DNA of 24,000 nucleotides from Lautropia mirabilis (GCF_900637555.1 NZ_LR134378.1:3050784-3074783); one strand, 5' to 3'. Counted from the first letter of the stretch, positions 17,435-24,000 are shown. Made by a program: numbers and translations. The notes: generated from the sequence alone by a model not told the origin.

Positions 17435-17806
17435 CTACCTCTCTTTCAACCTGTACACGCGTCCGGCAGTAACTTTCTCTCCTCTCCCAACAAAGACATC
17501 GTCAACATCATCGTCAGCGACACGGCCCAATATATACTTTACAGCAGAATCATCCCCTTCATTCTTGCCAAGTCTATAGTACAAAAACAAAACGCCCCTT
17601 TCCTTCGCCAAAGAACTGAAAAACCCCATCCTCGACTCCGGTAATTCAACAGCCCCGTCCGAGGAACAGGAAAACCCATCCCCATAATCAATCCTAGTAT
17701 AAACAAAATACCCAGCGAATTCGCCATGAAAAACAAATCTGAAATATCTGTCTTTCGTTACGAAATTCAATGGTGACTTGCTGCACAAAACACTTATGTA
17801 CGACAT
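17435..17806 (-). CDS. Small AT-rich cytoplasmic protein, candidate immunity/antidote protein (no recognisable family)
   Basis: 123 aa from ATG 17806, preceded by GGGGGAGAG: MSYISVLCSKSPLNFVTKDRYFRFVFHGEFAGYFVYTRIDYGDGF...DDDVDDVFVGRGEKVTAGRVYRLKER. No signal peptide or TM segment. Lies immediately downstream of the secreted precursor gene and has the lowest GC in the window. The TTG start at 17854 in the track is less likely. Confidence 0.6.
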   Translation of the reverse strand: MSYISVLCSKSPLNFVTKDRYFRFVFHGEFAGYFVYTRIDYGDGFSCSSDGAVELPESRMGFFSSLAKERGVLFLYYRLGKNEGDDSAVKYILGRVADDDVDDVFVGRGEKVTAGRVYRLKER

Positions 17807-17820
17807 CACTCTCCCCCAAA

Positions 17821-17841
17821 GGGCCTCATGACTTGAGGCCC
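17821..17841 (-). promoter_or_regulatory. Intercistronic stem-loop between the precursor and immunity-like genes
   Basis: Minus strand GGGCCTCA-AGTCA-TGAGGCCC (perfect 8-bp stem) followed by TTTGGGGGAGAGTGATG. The hairpin foot abuts the Shine-Dalgarno and start of the downstream gene. Confidence 0.5.
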
Positions 17842-17860
17842 AGAATATTATCAAAACAGA

Positions 17861-18331
17861 TCAACGTGGCGACCCATACCAAACATGAGATCCGTTACGG
17901 GGATTTGGGTGAAAATGAGTATAACGAGCCCCAGAACCGGCATGGAACTCACGAATCCCATTTCGACCAGCAATACGGGAGGCAATTGCTCGGCTGGGGG
18001 CCCAAACATTCGTAGCACCACGCGCAATCATGGCCTGCGCAACGCGCTGTGTAACCCAACGCTGCACGATGAATCTTGATGCAGTCATGACCCCAATTGC
18101 GACCAAGGGCGCTACCGAACCCTCAGTCTTCTCCATCTCCTGAGTCGACAGCACGGCCAGCTGCATCGGCTTGCCCGAAGCCTCGAACATGCTGTTGATA
18201 TCATCCTGACTGAAGGTACTGAGCTGGGGCGACAGGGGCGCAGTACTTACAGCGCTTTCACCGGCGTACGCCTGCGTGGAAACCATGCCGACAGCGGCCA
18301 GAACAAGGACCATGCGTTTGATCGTGCTCAT
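17861..18331 (-). CDS. Secreted 156-aa precursor with Sec signal peptide and internal double-glycine-type leader motif; candidate toxin/bacteriocin
   Basis: ATG 18331 lies 5 nt after GGAG. Signal peptide MSTIKRMVLVLAAVGMVSTQAYA|GE. Residues 58-72, LAVLSTQEMEKTEGS, fit the LSxxELxxIxG(G/A/S) leader consensus. The C-terminal 84 aa contain a hydrophobic/amphipathic basic segment and end in REFHAGSGARYTHFHPNPRNGSHVWYGSPR. The 205-aa track ORF start is rejected. Confidence 0.65.
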   Translation of the reverse strand: MSTIKRMVLVLAAVGMVSTQAYAGESAVSTAPLSPQLSTFSQDDINSMFEASGKPMQLAVLSTQEMEKTEGSVAPLVAIGVMTASRFIVQRWVTQRVAQAMIARGATNVWAPSRAIASRIAGRNGIREFHAGSGARYTHFHPNPRNGSHVWYGSPR

Positions 18332-18418
18332 ATAGACTCCATGTGGTCGAACACAATAACAAGCCTCGAAAGACTCCCGAGGCGCCGATGACGGTGTTGC
18401 CTCACCGCCAATCCCTGG

Positions 18419-18465
18419 GGCTGGTACATGATGAAAATCACCATGTACCAGCCTGTTTTTTCCCC
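18419..18465 (+). terminator. Perfect 12-bp hairpin with a T-tract only on the plus (antisense) strand, in the C39-precursor intergenic region
   Basis: GGCTGGTACATG-atgaaaatcac-CATGTACCAGCC followed by TGTTTTTTCCCC on the plus strand. On the minus strand it is preceded by an A-run and followed by no U-tract. Confidence 0.45.
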
Positions 18466-18482
18466 TGTCACTACCCATGACG

Positions 18483-19277
18483 TCAGGGAATGCTTCTGAA
18501 ACTCAGTTGCTGCACCGCACCAACACTCTGCCGCCATGGTGCCCTGGAGAAATACGCTTCTGCCCTGCTCACATCCACCGATGCCGGCAGAACCGCCAGA
18601 AACTTGCCTGCCAGTTCGGGCTGATCCTTGCCATCACGGGTCTGCCACATGTCCAGAAACTGCGCGCGACTGTAGGTGCGATTCCCGAGGCTCGGATCGG
18701 CAAGCCACACCGTGTTGCCACTGATGCCACGCAGTACGCTGAAATGATCGTCCTTGCGTACCTTGATGTACACCACCACCGGCATCTTCAACCGGGCCAG
18801 TTGCTCCCAGCTGGCGGCAAATCCCTGTGCCCGAAAGCCAAACTTTGGCAGAGCGCGGGTCATGTCATCAAAGCTCGCCCGGGCATCGCCCTTGTCCATG
18901 GCCTTCAGCAACTGCTCCTCGGTCAGCTTCTGGCCGTAGAACCCGTTGAGCAACGTAGCCAACGATGCGGCACCACAGGAGTAATCCTGATCCTGCTTGA
19001 CGATCTGCCGGTCACGCAAGGTTTTCCAGCTTTTTACCGGAATCTGCCCCTTCACCACTTCGCTGGAGAGAATGAAGGCTTCCGGTCCGGGTTCAGGCTG
19101 CTTGCGCTTCGGCAGTAACGGAATGGCCTGCTTCCGCCCTTCTTCCTGCTTCGGGCTTCCGCCGGCCTCTCGTTCCCCAGAAGCCGATGAGCCGTCTTCT
19201 GCCCAAACGTCCTGGCTTTGCCACGCTGCAAGGCTCACACTCAGACTGACGACCAGAAGCATTCTGTCTGCAGACAT
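18483..19277 (-). CDS. Stand-alone C39-family cysteine peptidase with N-terminal signal peptide (predicted periplasmic)
   Basis: ATG 19277: MSADRMLLVVSLSVSLAAWQSQDVWA|EDG... C39 hallmarks are present: QDQDYSCGAASLATLLNGF (oxyanion Gln and catalytic Cys), DDHFSVLRG (His), VWLADPSLG (Asp). There is no ABC transporter domain. The track ORF start at 19523 overlaps the upstream gene and is rejected. Confidence 0.8.
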   Translation of the reverse strand: MSADRMLLVVSLSVSLAAWQSQDVWAEDGSSASGEREAGGSPKQEEGRKQAIPLLPKRKQPEPGPEAFILSSEVVKGQIPVKSWKTLRDRQIVKQDQDYSCGAASLATLLNGFYGQKLTEEQLLKAMDKGDARASFDDMTRALPKFGFRAQGFAASWEQLARLKMPVVVYIKVRKDDHFSVLRGISGNTVWLADPSLGNRTYSRAQFLDMWQTRDGKDQPELAGKFLAVLPASVDVSRAEAYFSRAPWRQSVGAVQQLSFRSIP

Positions 19278-19296
19278 TCTCCCGCCCCTTTCACCA

Positions 19297-20175
19297 TCAG
19301 AACGTATACAACCAGTTGACCCGCATCTCGGCTCCCTGCCCGCCGGACGCATTGGTCTTGAGCGTGACGTTGAGGGTATTACCCGTGGCAAACCCATATC
19401 CGAAACCAAGCTGCAGATCTGTAGCGGTCCGATTGATTCCCATTGCGGCACCATTGAAGCGCTCCGCTGTCTGGCGCGTCCATTGCATGCCGGTCGTGAG
19501 TGTGACCCGATCATTGACGGCAAAGCCCACGGAGGGCGTCAGTATCAGCAGGTTGCCGCCCCTGGCAGTATCGGCACCATCACGGTAGCTGCGGCTGAAG
19601 CGGTAGGCCCCCGTCAGTGAAAACACGACCGGATCCAGTGCCTTGTAGGTAGTGAAGCCCAGCATGGCCGACCTGAATGACTTGCTGGATGAGCGCAGGC
19701 GCTGGCTGAGGGCCACTTCGGCAAAGCCAAGAAAGGCTGGGTAATCATCCTCCTCGCGGAACTGGTGGTTGATCCCCGCCCAGGTGTCTGCAAAATGGTT
19801 CAGGCGGTTGCTGCTGCGCCCAGCCGCGTCCCGAACCCGTTCACTGTCGTGGAGGTAACTGGTACGCAGCAGCACCTCGGTTTTGCCGGTGATGCCATAA
19901 CGCAGACCCAGTGTACCGACCAGTGTGTCGCGGTTGCTGGAGCGTTCGCCCACGGCGGTGGGCACCTGTACAAACGACGTCGGCCCGGTTTGTACGGAAA
20001 TGGGCTCGCCGGTAGAGACGCCTGTCTGGTCCACATTGGCGTAGGCAAAGGACAGATCCAGCTTGAATCTGCCCTTGTCGGTAACGAGGTCCTCAACCGT
20101 CAGCGGCAACTCAGCAAACGCTGATGCAGCATGACAAGAAAGCATGAGCAAAAGGACAAAATGTTGGCCACGCAC
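19297..20175 (-). CDS. Outer-membrane beta-barrel protein (resembles the MetA-pathway/'transporter' OMP family)
   Basis: GTG 20175 lies 5 nt after AGGAG. Signal peptide MRGQHFVLLLMLSCHAASAFA|ELP. Alternating amphipathic strand pattern throughout. C-terminal OMP beta-signal ...MRVNWLYTF ends in Phe. The stop is 19 nt before the C39 start. Confidence 0.75.
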   Translation of the reverse strand: MRGQHFVLLLMLSCHAASAFAELPLTVEDLVTDKGRFKLDLSFAYANVDQTGVSTGEPISVQTGPTSFVQVPTAVGERSSNRDTLVGTLGLRYGITGKTEVLLRTSYLHDSERVRDAAGRSSNRLNHFADTWAGINHQFREEDDYPAFLGFAEVALSQRLRSSSKSFRSAMLGFTTYKALDPVVFSLTGAYRFSRSYRDGADTARGGNLLILTPSVGFAVNDRVTLTTGMQWTRQTAERFNGAAMGINRTATDLQLGFGYGFATGNTLNVTLKTNASGGQGAEMRVNWLYTF

Positions 20176-20204
20176 AACATCTCCTGCAAAAATAACCTGA
20201 ATGA

Positions 20205-20250
20205 ATCATATTTTCACAAGAAAAAACACATTGTCAATATGAAAATATAA
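20205..20250 (-). promoter_or_regulatory. Candidate sigma70 promoter with overlapping inverted repeat (operator) for the islet cassette
   Basis: Minus strand TTGACA (20237-20232)-N16-GAAAAT (20215-20210) with TGT just upstream of the -10. The 9-bp inverted repeat ATATTTTCA (20208-20216) / TGAAAATAT (20240-20248) brackets the -35 and overlaps the -10. Embedded in a strongly AT-rich stretch at 20180-20320. Confidence 0.45.
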
Positions 20251-20382
20251 CTTGTTATTTATCAATTTATAATTTGGATTTTTATCAAATTAGCGGCATT
20301 TGACTCCAATCTCCGAATATCATGCTTTGCTCGTCCAGAGCACAGATTGAGGCACTGATCTGCCAGAGAGCGGCCCTGCCCC

Positions 20383-20427
20383 AAACGAAAACGGCTTCTG
20401 CAGGACGGAGCCCGCCCGCAGAAGCCG
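20383..20427 (-). terminator. Rho-independent terminator of the peroxiredoxin-glutaredoxin gene
   Basis: Minus strand CGGCTTCTGC-(16 nt)-GCAGAAGCCG followed by TTTTCGTTT. Confidence 0.7.
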
Positions 20428-20485
20428 CATGGTCCTGGGGTTATGCCCCCACGGATTGGGGCAATTGTCCCCTGCAGCGCCAGCG

Positions 20486-20531
20486 TCAGCCCTGCACCTT
20501 GAAGTACGCCTCCAGATCGTCGCTGCCGCCG
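20486..20531. repeat. Right copy of the imperfect direct repeat bounding the islet (functional 3' end of the gene)
   Basis: See the left copy at 17184-17223: 32/34 core identity plus the shared stop-proximal tcagcc, and a 6-nt indel. Confidence 0.85.
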
Positions 20532-21226
20532 ATGTGACGGCCACCGATGTAGACCTGCGGCACGGTGGTGCGACCGCTGATGGCGCGCACGGCCACGGTG
20601 CTGGCGTCACGGCCCAGCACGATCTCCTCGTAGGACAGGCCCTTTTCCTTCAGCAGGGCCTTGGCCTTGGCGCAGAAGGGGCAGCCCGGCTTGGTGAAGA
20701 TGGCCACGGACGGCGGCTGCTGGTAGTTCGGGTCCAGGTACTTCAGCATGGTGTCGGCATCCGACACCTCGAACGGGTCACCCGGCTTGTCCGGCTCGAT
20801 GAACATCTTCTTGACGGTGCCGTCCTCGACCAGCATCGAATAACGCCACGAGCGCTTGCCGAAGCCGAGGTCGTTCTTGTCCACCAGCATGCCCATGCCG
20901 GCGGTGAACTCACCGTTGCCATCGGGAATGACGCCGATGTTCTCGGCTTCCTGGTCGTCCTTCCAGGCGTTCATCACGAAGGTGTCGTTAACCGAGACGC
21001 ACAGGATGCTGTCGATGCCCAGCTTCTTGAAGACCGGGGCCAGCTCGTTGTAGCGCGGCAGGTGGGAGGACGAGCAGGTGGGCGTGAAGGCGCCCGGCAG
21101 CGAGAACACCACCACGCGCTTGCCGGCAAACAGTTCGTCGGTGGAAACATCCACCCAGGCATCGCCCGAGCGGGTATGGAAGACGACGGCAGGAACCTTC
21201 CTGCCTTCATGATTGGGGAGTTGCAT
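20486..21226 (-). CDS. Hybrid peroxiredoxin (Prx5-type)-glutaredoxin protein
   Basis: N-terminal Prx5 domain with [12 protein letters not shown] (peroxidatic Cys). C-terminal glutaredoxin domain with [11 protein letters not shown] and [14 protein letters not shown]. Architecture matches the Haemophilus/Neisseria Prx-Grx hybrids. GGAGG Shine-Dalgarno 9 nt upstream. Confidence 0.92.
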   Translation of the reverse strand: MQLPNHEGRKVPAVVFHTRSGDAWVDVSTDELFAGKRVVVFSLPGAFTPTCSSSHLPRYNELAPVFKKLGIDSILCVSVNDTFVMNAWKDDQEAENIGVIPDGNGEFTAGMGMLVDKNDLGFGKRSWRYSMLVEDGTVKKMFIEPDKPGDPFEVSDADTMLKYLDPNYQQPPSVAIFTKPGCPFCAKAKALLKEKGLSYEEIVLGRDASTVAVRAISGRTTVPQVYIGGRHIGGSDDLEAYFKVQG

Positions 21227-21261
21227 GAGACGGATCCTCCGTTAGGGAAAGAGGCTGGATT

Positions 21262-22647
21262 TTACCAATGCACCCAGAGGCCATGGGCCAGAAGCCCGAT
21301 GATGAGAATGCAGGCAATGTTGAGCAGCAGGCCCACGCGCACCATCTCGCCCAGCCGGATCTTGCCGGTGGCATAGACGATGGCGTTGGGCGGGGTGGCG
21401 ATGGGCAGCATGAAGGCGCACGACGCCCCGCAGGCAATGATGGCAGCCAGCGCGATGTCGGGCAGCTGCAGCGTGCGTGCCACCGTGATGAAGATGGGCA
21501 TGAGCAGCGCCGCCGTGGCCGTGTTGGAGGTGAACTCGGTCAGGAAAACCACGAAGCTGGTGAGCGCCAGCATGATGATGACCGGGTGCTGATGCCCCAC
21601 GGCAGCCACGATGCTGTCGGCCAGGATCTTGCTGGCCCCGGTGTCCTTCATGACGATGGACAGCACCAGGCCACCGCCGAACAGCATCAGTACGCCCCAT
21701 TCGGTGTGCTCCTGGATCTGCTTCCAGCTGGCCGAACCGCCCACGCACATCACCACCACGGCCAGCATGGCAATGACGGAATCGATGTTCTTGATGGGCT
21801 CGGGCAGCGCCAGCAGCTGCTGCAGCGGTCCGACCACCAGCTTGCCCAGGATGAGCAGCACCGCCGTGGCAGCGAAGACGACCAGCGTGAACATCCGCCG
21901 GCCATCCAGCGGGATGTCCTCGATGTCGACGTTGAACGGCACGCTGAAGTCGGGGCGCAGCACCACCCACAGTGACAGCACCATGGCCGGCATCATCAGT
22001 GCCACCACCGGCATGCCGTACTTCAGCCAGTCGGCAAAGCTGATGTCGATCATCGTGGCCAGCAGCGCGTTGGGCGTGCTGCCCACCAGGGTGCCGATGC
22101 CGCCGATACTGGCGCTGAAGGCGATGCCCAGCAGCACGAAGGCGTAGAGCTTGCGGTTCTTCTCCACGTCCACCTGCCGCAGGATGCCCAGGGTGAGCGG
22201 CAGCATCATGGCGGCCACGGCCGTGTTGTTGACGAAGAGCGACAGGAACGCCGTGACGGCGAACAGGTAGAAGATGGTGAGCTTCAGGCTGCCGCCGGCC
22301 AGCCGGATGACGTGTCCGGCAATCCACAGGTCCAGCTTCTGGATGTGCAGCACGGCCGCGATGACGAAGCCGCCGAAGAACATGAAGATGACCGGCTCGG
22401 CAAAGGGCGCGAAGGCTGCCTTGGTGGACAGCACCCCCAGCCCGATGGCAAAGAGCGGGATCATCAGCGAGGTGACGGTGATGTGGAAGGCCTCGGTCAG
22501 CCACAGCACACCCACGAACACCAGCAGCGCCAGCCCCCGGTTCTCGACAGGCGAGAACGGCAGCCAGCGCAGCAGCAGGAAGAAGAGGACAAGATCGGCG
22601 GCCAGGATCAGCCAGCCGCGCCGATTGGCGACGACCGCGTCGGACAC
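21262..22647 (-). CDS. SLC13/DASS-family anion (sulfate/di-tricarboxylate) symporter
   Basis: 461-aa polytopic protein with the two DASS hairpin motifs (LFVNNTAVAAMMLP and IATPPNAIVYATG). GTG start lies 8 nt after GGAG. Confidence 0.88.
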   Translation of the reverse strand: MSDAVVANRRGWLILAADLVLFFLLLRWLPFSPVENRGLALLVFVGVLWLTEAFHITVTSLMIPLFAIGLGVLSTKAAFAPFAEPVIFMFFGGFVIAAVLHIQKLDLWIAGHVIRLAGGSLKLTIFYLFAVTAFLSLFVNNTAVAAMMLPLTLGILRQVDVEKNRKLYAFVLLGIAFSASIGGIGTLVGSTPNALLATMIDISFADWLKYGMPVVALMMPAMVLSLWVVLRPDFSVPFNVDIEDIPLDGRRMFTLVVFAATAVLLILGKLVVGPLQQLLALPEPIKNIDSVIAMLAVVVMCVGGSASWKQIQEHTEWGVLMLFGGGLVLSIVMKDTGASKILADSIVAAVGHQHPVIIMLALTSFVVFLTEFTSNTATAALLMPIFITVARTLQLPDIALAAIIACGASCAFMLPIATPPNAIVYATGKIRLGEMVRVGLLLNIACILIIGLLAHGLWVHW

Positions 22648-22757
22648 GATGAAAACTCCCGGAGGAAGAAGAGGAAGGCCGGAAGTATGTCATGCCCCAC
22701 CGGATAGGGACTTTCCCGAATGTGCCTGGCCGCCATCAGGACGCCTACCCATCCGCC

Positions 22758-22799
22758 AAATAGAAAGGACCGGCAAGGCCGCAGGGGCCGTGCCGGTCC
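22758..22799 (-). terminator. Rho-independent terminator after uppP
   Basis: Minus strand GGACCGGCA-(15 nt)-TGCCGGTCC followed by TTTCTATTT. Confidence 0.7.
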
Positions 22800-22831
22800 G
22801 GGATGGGAGGGATGTCGGGAAAGCCGGACGA

Positions 22832-23680
22832 TCAGTCCATGGCGCTGCCCCAGTGGAGCACGCCCGTGTAGGTGACCGCCAGGATGAGCAGGCCGAAGAT
22901 CACGCGGTACCAGGCAAACACGCGGAAGCTGTTGCTGGCCACGAAGCGGATGAGCCAGTGCACGCAGGCCAGTGCGCTGAAGAACGCGAAGATGGTGCCC
23001 ACGGCGAACAGCGGGATGTCGCCGGCGCTCAGCAGGTCGCGGCTCTTCCAGGTGTCATAGACACTGGCGCCGATGAGCGTGGGGATGGCCAGGTAGAAGG
23101 AGAACTCGGTGGCCACCTGCCGCGACAGGCCGAAGATCATGCCGCCGATGATGGTGGCGCCGGAACGGCTGGTGCCCGGGATAAGCGCGAAGGCCTGCGC
23201 CAGACCCAGCTTCAGCGCATCGACGGCGGTGAGGCTGTCGATGTCGGTGATGCGCGGCGCGATGTTTTCCTGGCGTTTTTCCACCAGGAAGATGATCAGG
23301 CCCCCCACCACCAGGGCGATGGCCACCGGCACCGGACCGAACAGGTGGGTCTTGATGAGCTTGCTGAACAGCACGCCCAGCACCGCCGCCGGGATGAAGG
23401 CGATGATGATGTTGAGCGCAAAGCGCTGCTGCACGCGGTCGGACGTGAGGCCGGCCAGCACCTTGCCGATGCGCTCGCGGTAGTACCAGATGACGGCCAG
23501 GATGGCGCCCGTCTGGATGGCGATGGCAAAGACGCTGGCTTTTTCGTCATCCCAGCCCAGCAGCGAGCTGGTGAGGATGAGGTGGCCGGTGCTGGAGATG
23601 GGGAGGAACTCGGTCAGGCCCTCGACAATGCCGAGGATGACGGCCTTGACCATCAGGGGGAGTGCGTAGAGGGATTCCAT
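22832..23680 (-). CDS. uppP: Undecaprenyl-diphosphate phosphatase (BacA/UppP)
   Basis: [36 protein letters not shown] and [14 protein letters not shown] motifs. ATG 23680 preferred over the track start at 23722. Confidence 0.93.
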   Translation of the reverse strand: MESLYALPLMVKAVILGIVEGLTEFLPISSTGHLILTSSLLGWDDEKASVFAIAIQTGAILAVIWYYRERIGKVLAGLTSDRVQQRFALNIIIAFIPAAVLGVLFSKLIKTHLFGPVPVAIALVVGGLIIFLVEKRQENIAPRITDIDSLTAVDALKLGLAQAFALIPGTSRSGATIIGGMIFGLSRQVATEFSFYLAIPTLIGASVYDTWKSRDLLSAGDIPLFAVGTIFAFFSALACVHWLIRFVASNSFRVFAWYRVIFGLLILAVTYTGVLHWGSAMD

Positions 23681-23776
23681 GGGGCAGGATGTTAACGCGC
23701 ATCGTGGCAGGCACGGTGCCAAATCCTGCCACTTTCACCGGCATCACGCCCCCTGGAACAGATTGATACAGAAAAG

Positions 23777-24000
23777 TCAGCCGCGCGACCACAGCCGATG
23801 GAAATGATGCACGGGTCCATGGCCCCGGCCATCCACCCGCCGCCCCACCGTGAGCTGGCTGGAGGCGGCCAGCGCGCCGGTGAGATAGTCGCGCGCGGCA
23901 CGGGCAGCGGCCGGCATGTCGGCCGACTGCGGGATGAGTGCGGCCAGCGCGGCCGACAGCGTGCAGCCGGTGCCGTGCAGGTTGTCGGTGTCGATGCGCG
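23777..24000 (-). CDS. thiD: Hydroxymethylpyrimidine/phosphomethylpyrimidine kinase ThiD, C-terminal part (gene runs off the window end)
   Basis: Hand translation of the minus strand: ...RIDTDNLHGTGCTLSAALAALIPQSADMPAAARAARDYLTGALAASSQLTVGRRVDGRGHGPVHHFHRLWSRG*. The HGTGCTLS and GHGPVxHFH motifs are typical of ThiD. The track ORF 23692..23901 is in a different frame and is rejected. Confidence 0.85.
   Translation of the reverse strand, partial: RIDTDNLHGTGCTLSAALAALIPQSADMPAAARAARDYLTGALAASSQLTVGRRVDGRGHGPVHHFHRLWSRG

Larger units (their letters stand above)
17184..20531 (-). mobile_element. Putative horizontally acquired islet inserted at the 3' end of the peroxiredoxin-glutaredoxin gene (no integrase or transposase present)
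   Basis: Bounded by the direct repeat above. The interior is visibly AT-richer than the flanks, especially 17.43-17.86 kb and 20.18-20.32 kb. It carries a self-contained four-gene minus-strand cassette with its own AT-rich promoter region. Confidence 0.55.

Noticed and set aside
17861-17960. Assignment of the precursor C-terminus (YTHFHPNPRNGSHVWYG) to an HNH/EndoVII-type nuclease toxin.
   Set aside because: Only a beta-hairpin-like His motif is present, and the protein ends 3 residues later without the metal-binding helix. Calling it a nuclease would be over-interpretation, so the function is left unknown.
19278-19523. N-terminal extension of the C39 ORF (track start 19523), and the long N-terminal extensions of the precursor (18478) and thiG (14307) ORFs.
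   Set aside because: The extensions overlap the preceding gene or intergenic DNA, have junk composition and lack Shine-Dalgarno sequences. The internal starts have Shine-Dalgarno motifs and give proper signal peptides or homologous N-termini.
17184-20531. Search for integrase, transposase, terminal inverted repeats, or a CRISPR or defence-system signature within or next to the islet.
   Set aside because: None was found. The only boundary signature is the direct duplication of the Prx-Grx 3' end. There are no arrays of short spaced repeats anywhere in the window.

Overview
GC-rich (about 65-70% by eye) proteobacterial chromosomal window, densely coding and mostly housekeeping. Left to right: a partial EamA/DMT transporter and an ABM monooxygenase (-); a cydD-cydC-cydA-cydB-cydX cytochrome bd cluster (+), where cydX was found by hand because it is too short for the ORF track; tRNA-Gly(CCC) (-); an RhtA-like exporter; an ABCB-type exporter; a YqhA/UPF0114 gene broken by one in-frame TAG; a UPF0718 permease followed by thiS and thiG; trmB; an SDR epimerase. 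On the minus strand further right: a peroxiredoxin-glutaredoxin hybrid, an SLC13/DASS transporter, uppP and the 3' end of thiD. The outlier is a roughly 3.3 kb lower-GC islet (about 17.2-20.5 kb) bounded by an imperfect direct duplication of the last 13-15 codons of the peroxiredoxin-glutaredoxin gene. It carries one minus-strand cassette: an outer-membrane beta-barrel, a signal-peptide-bearing stand-alone C39 cysteine peptidase, a signal-peptide-bearing 156-aa precursor with an internal double-glycine-type leader motif, and a small AT-rich cytoplasmic protein. I read this as a candidate ABC-transporter-independent toxin/bacteriocin maturation-release-immunity module; this is inference from sequence only. 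No CRISPR array, integrase or transposase was seen. The many long antisense ORFs in the track are high-GC artefacts.
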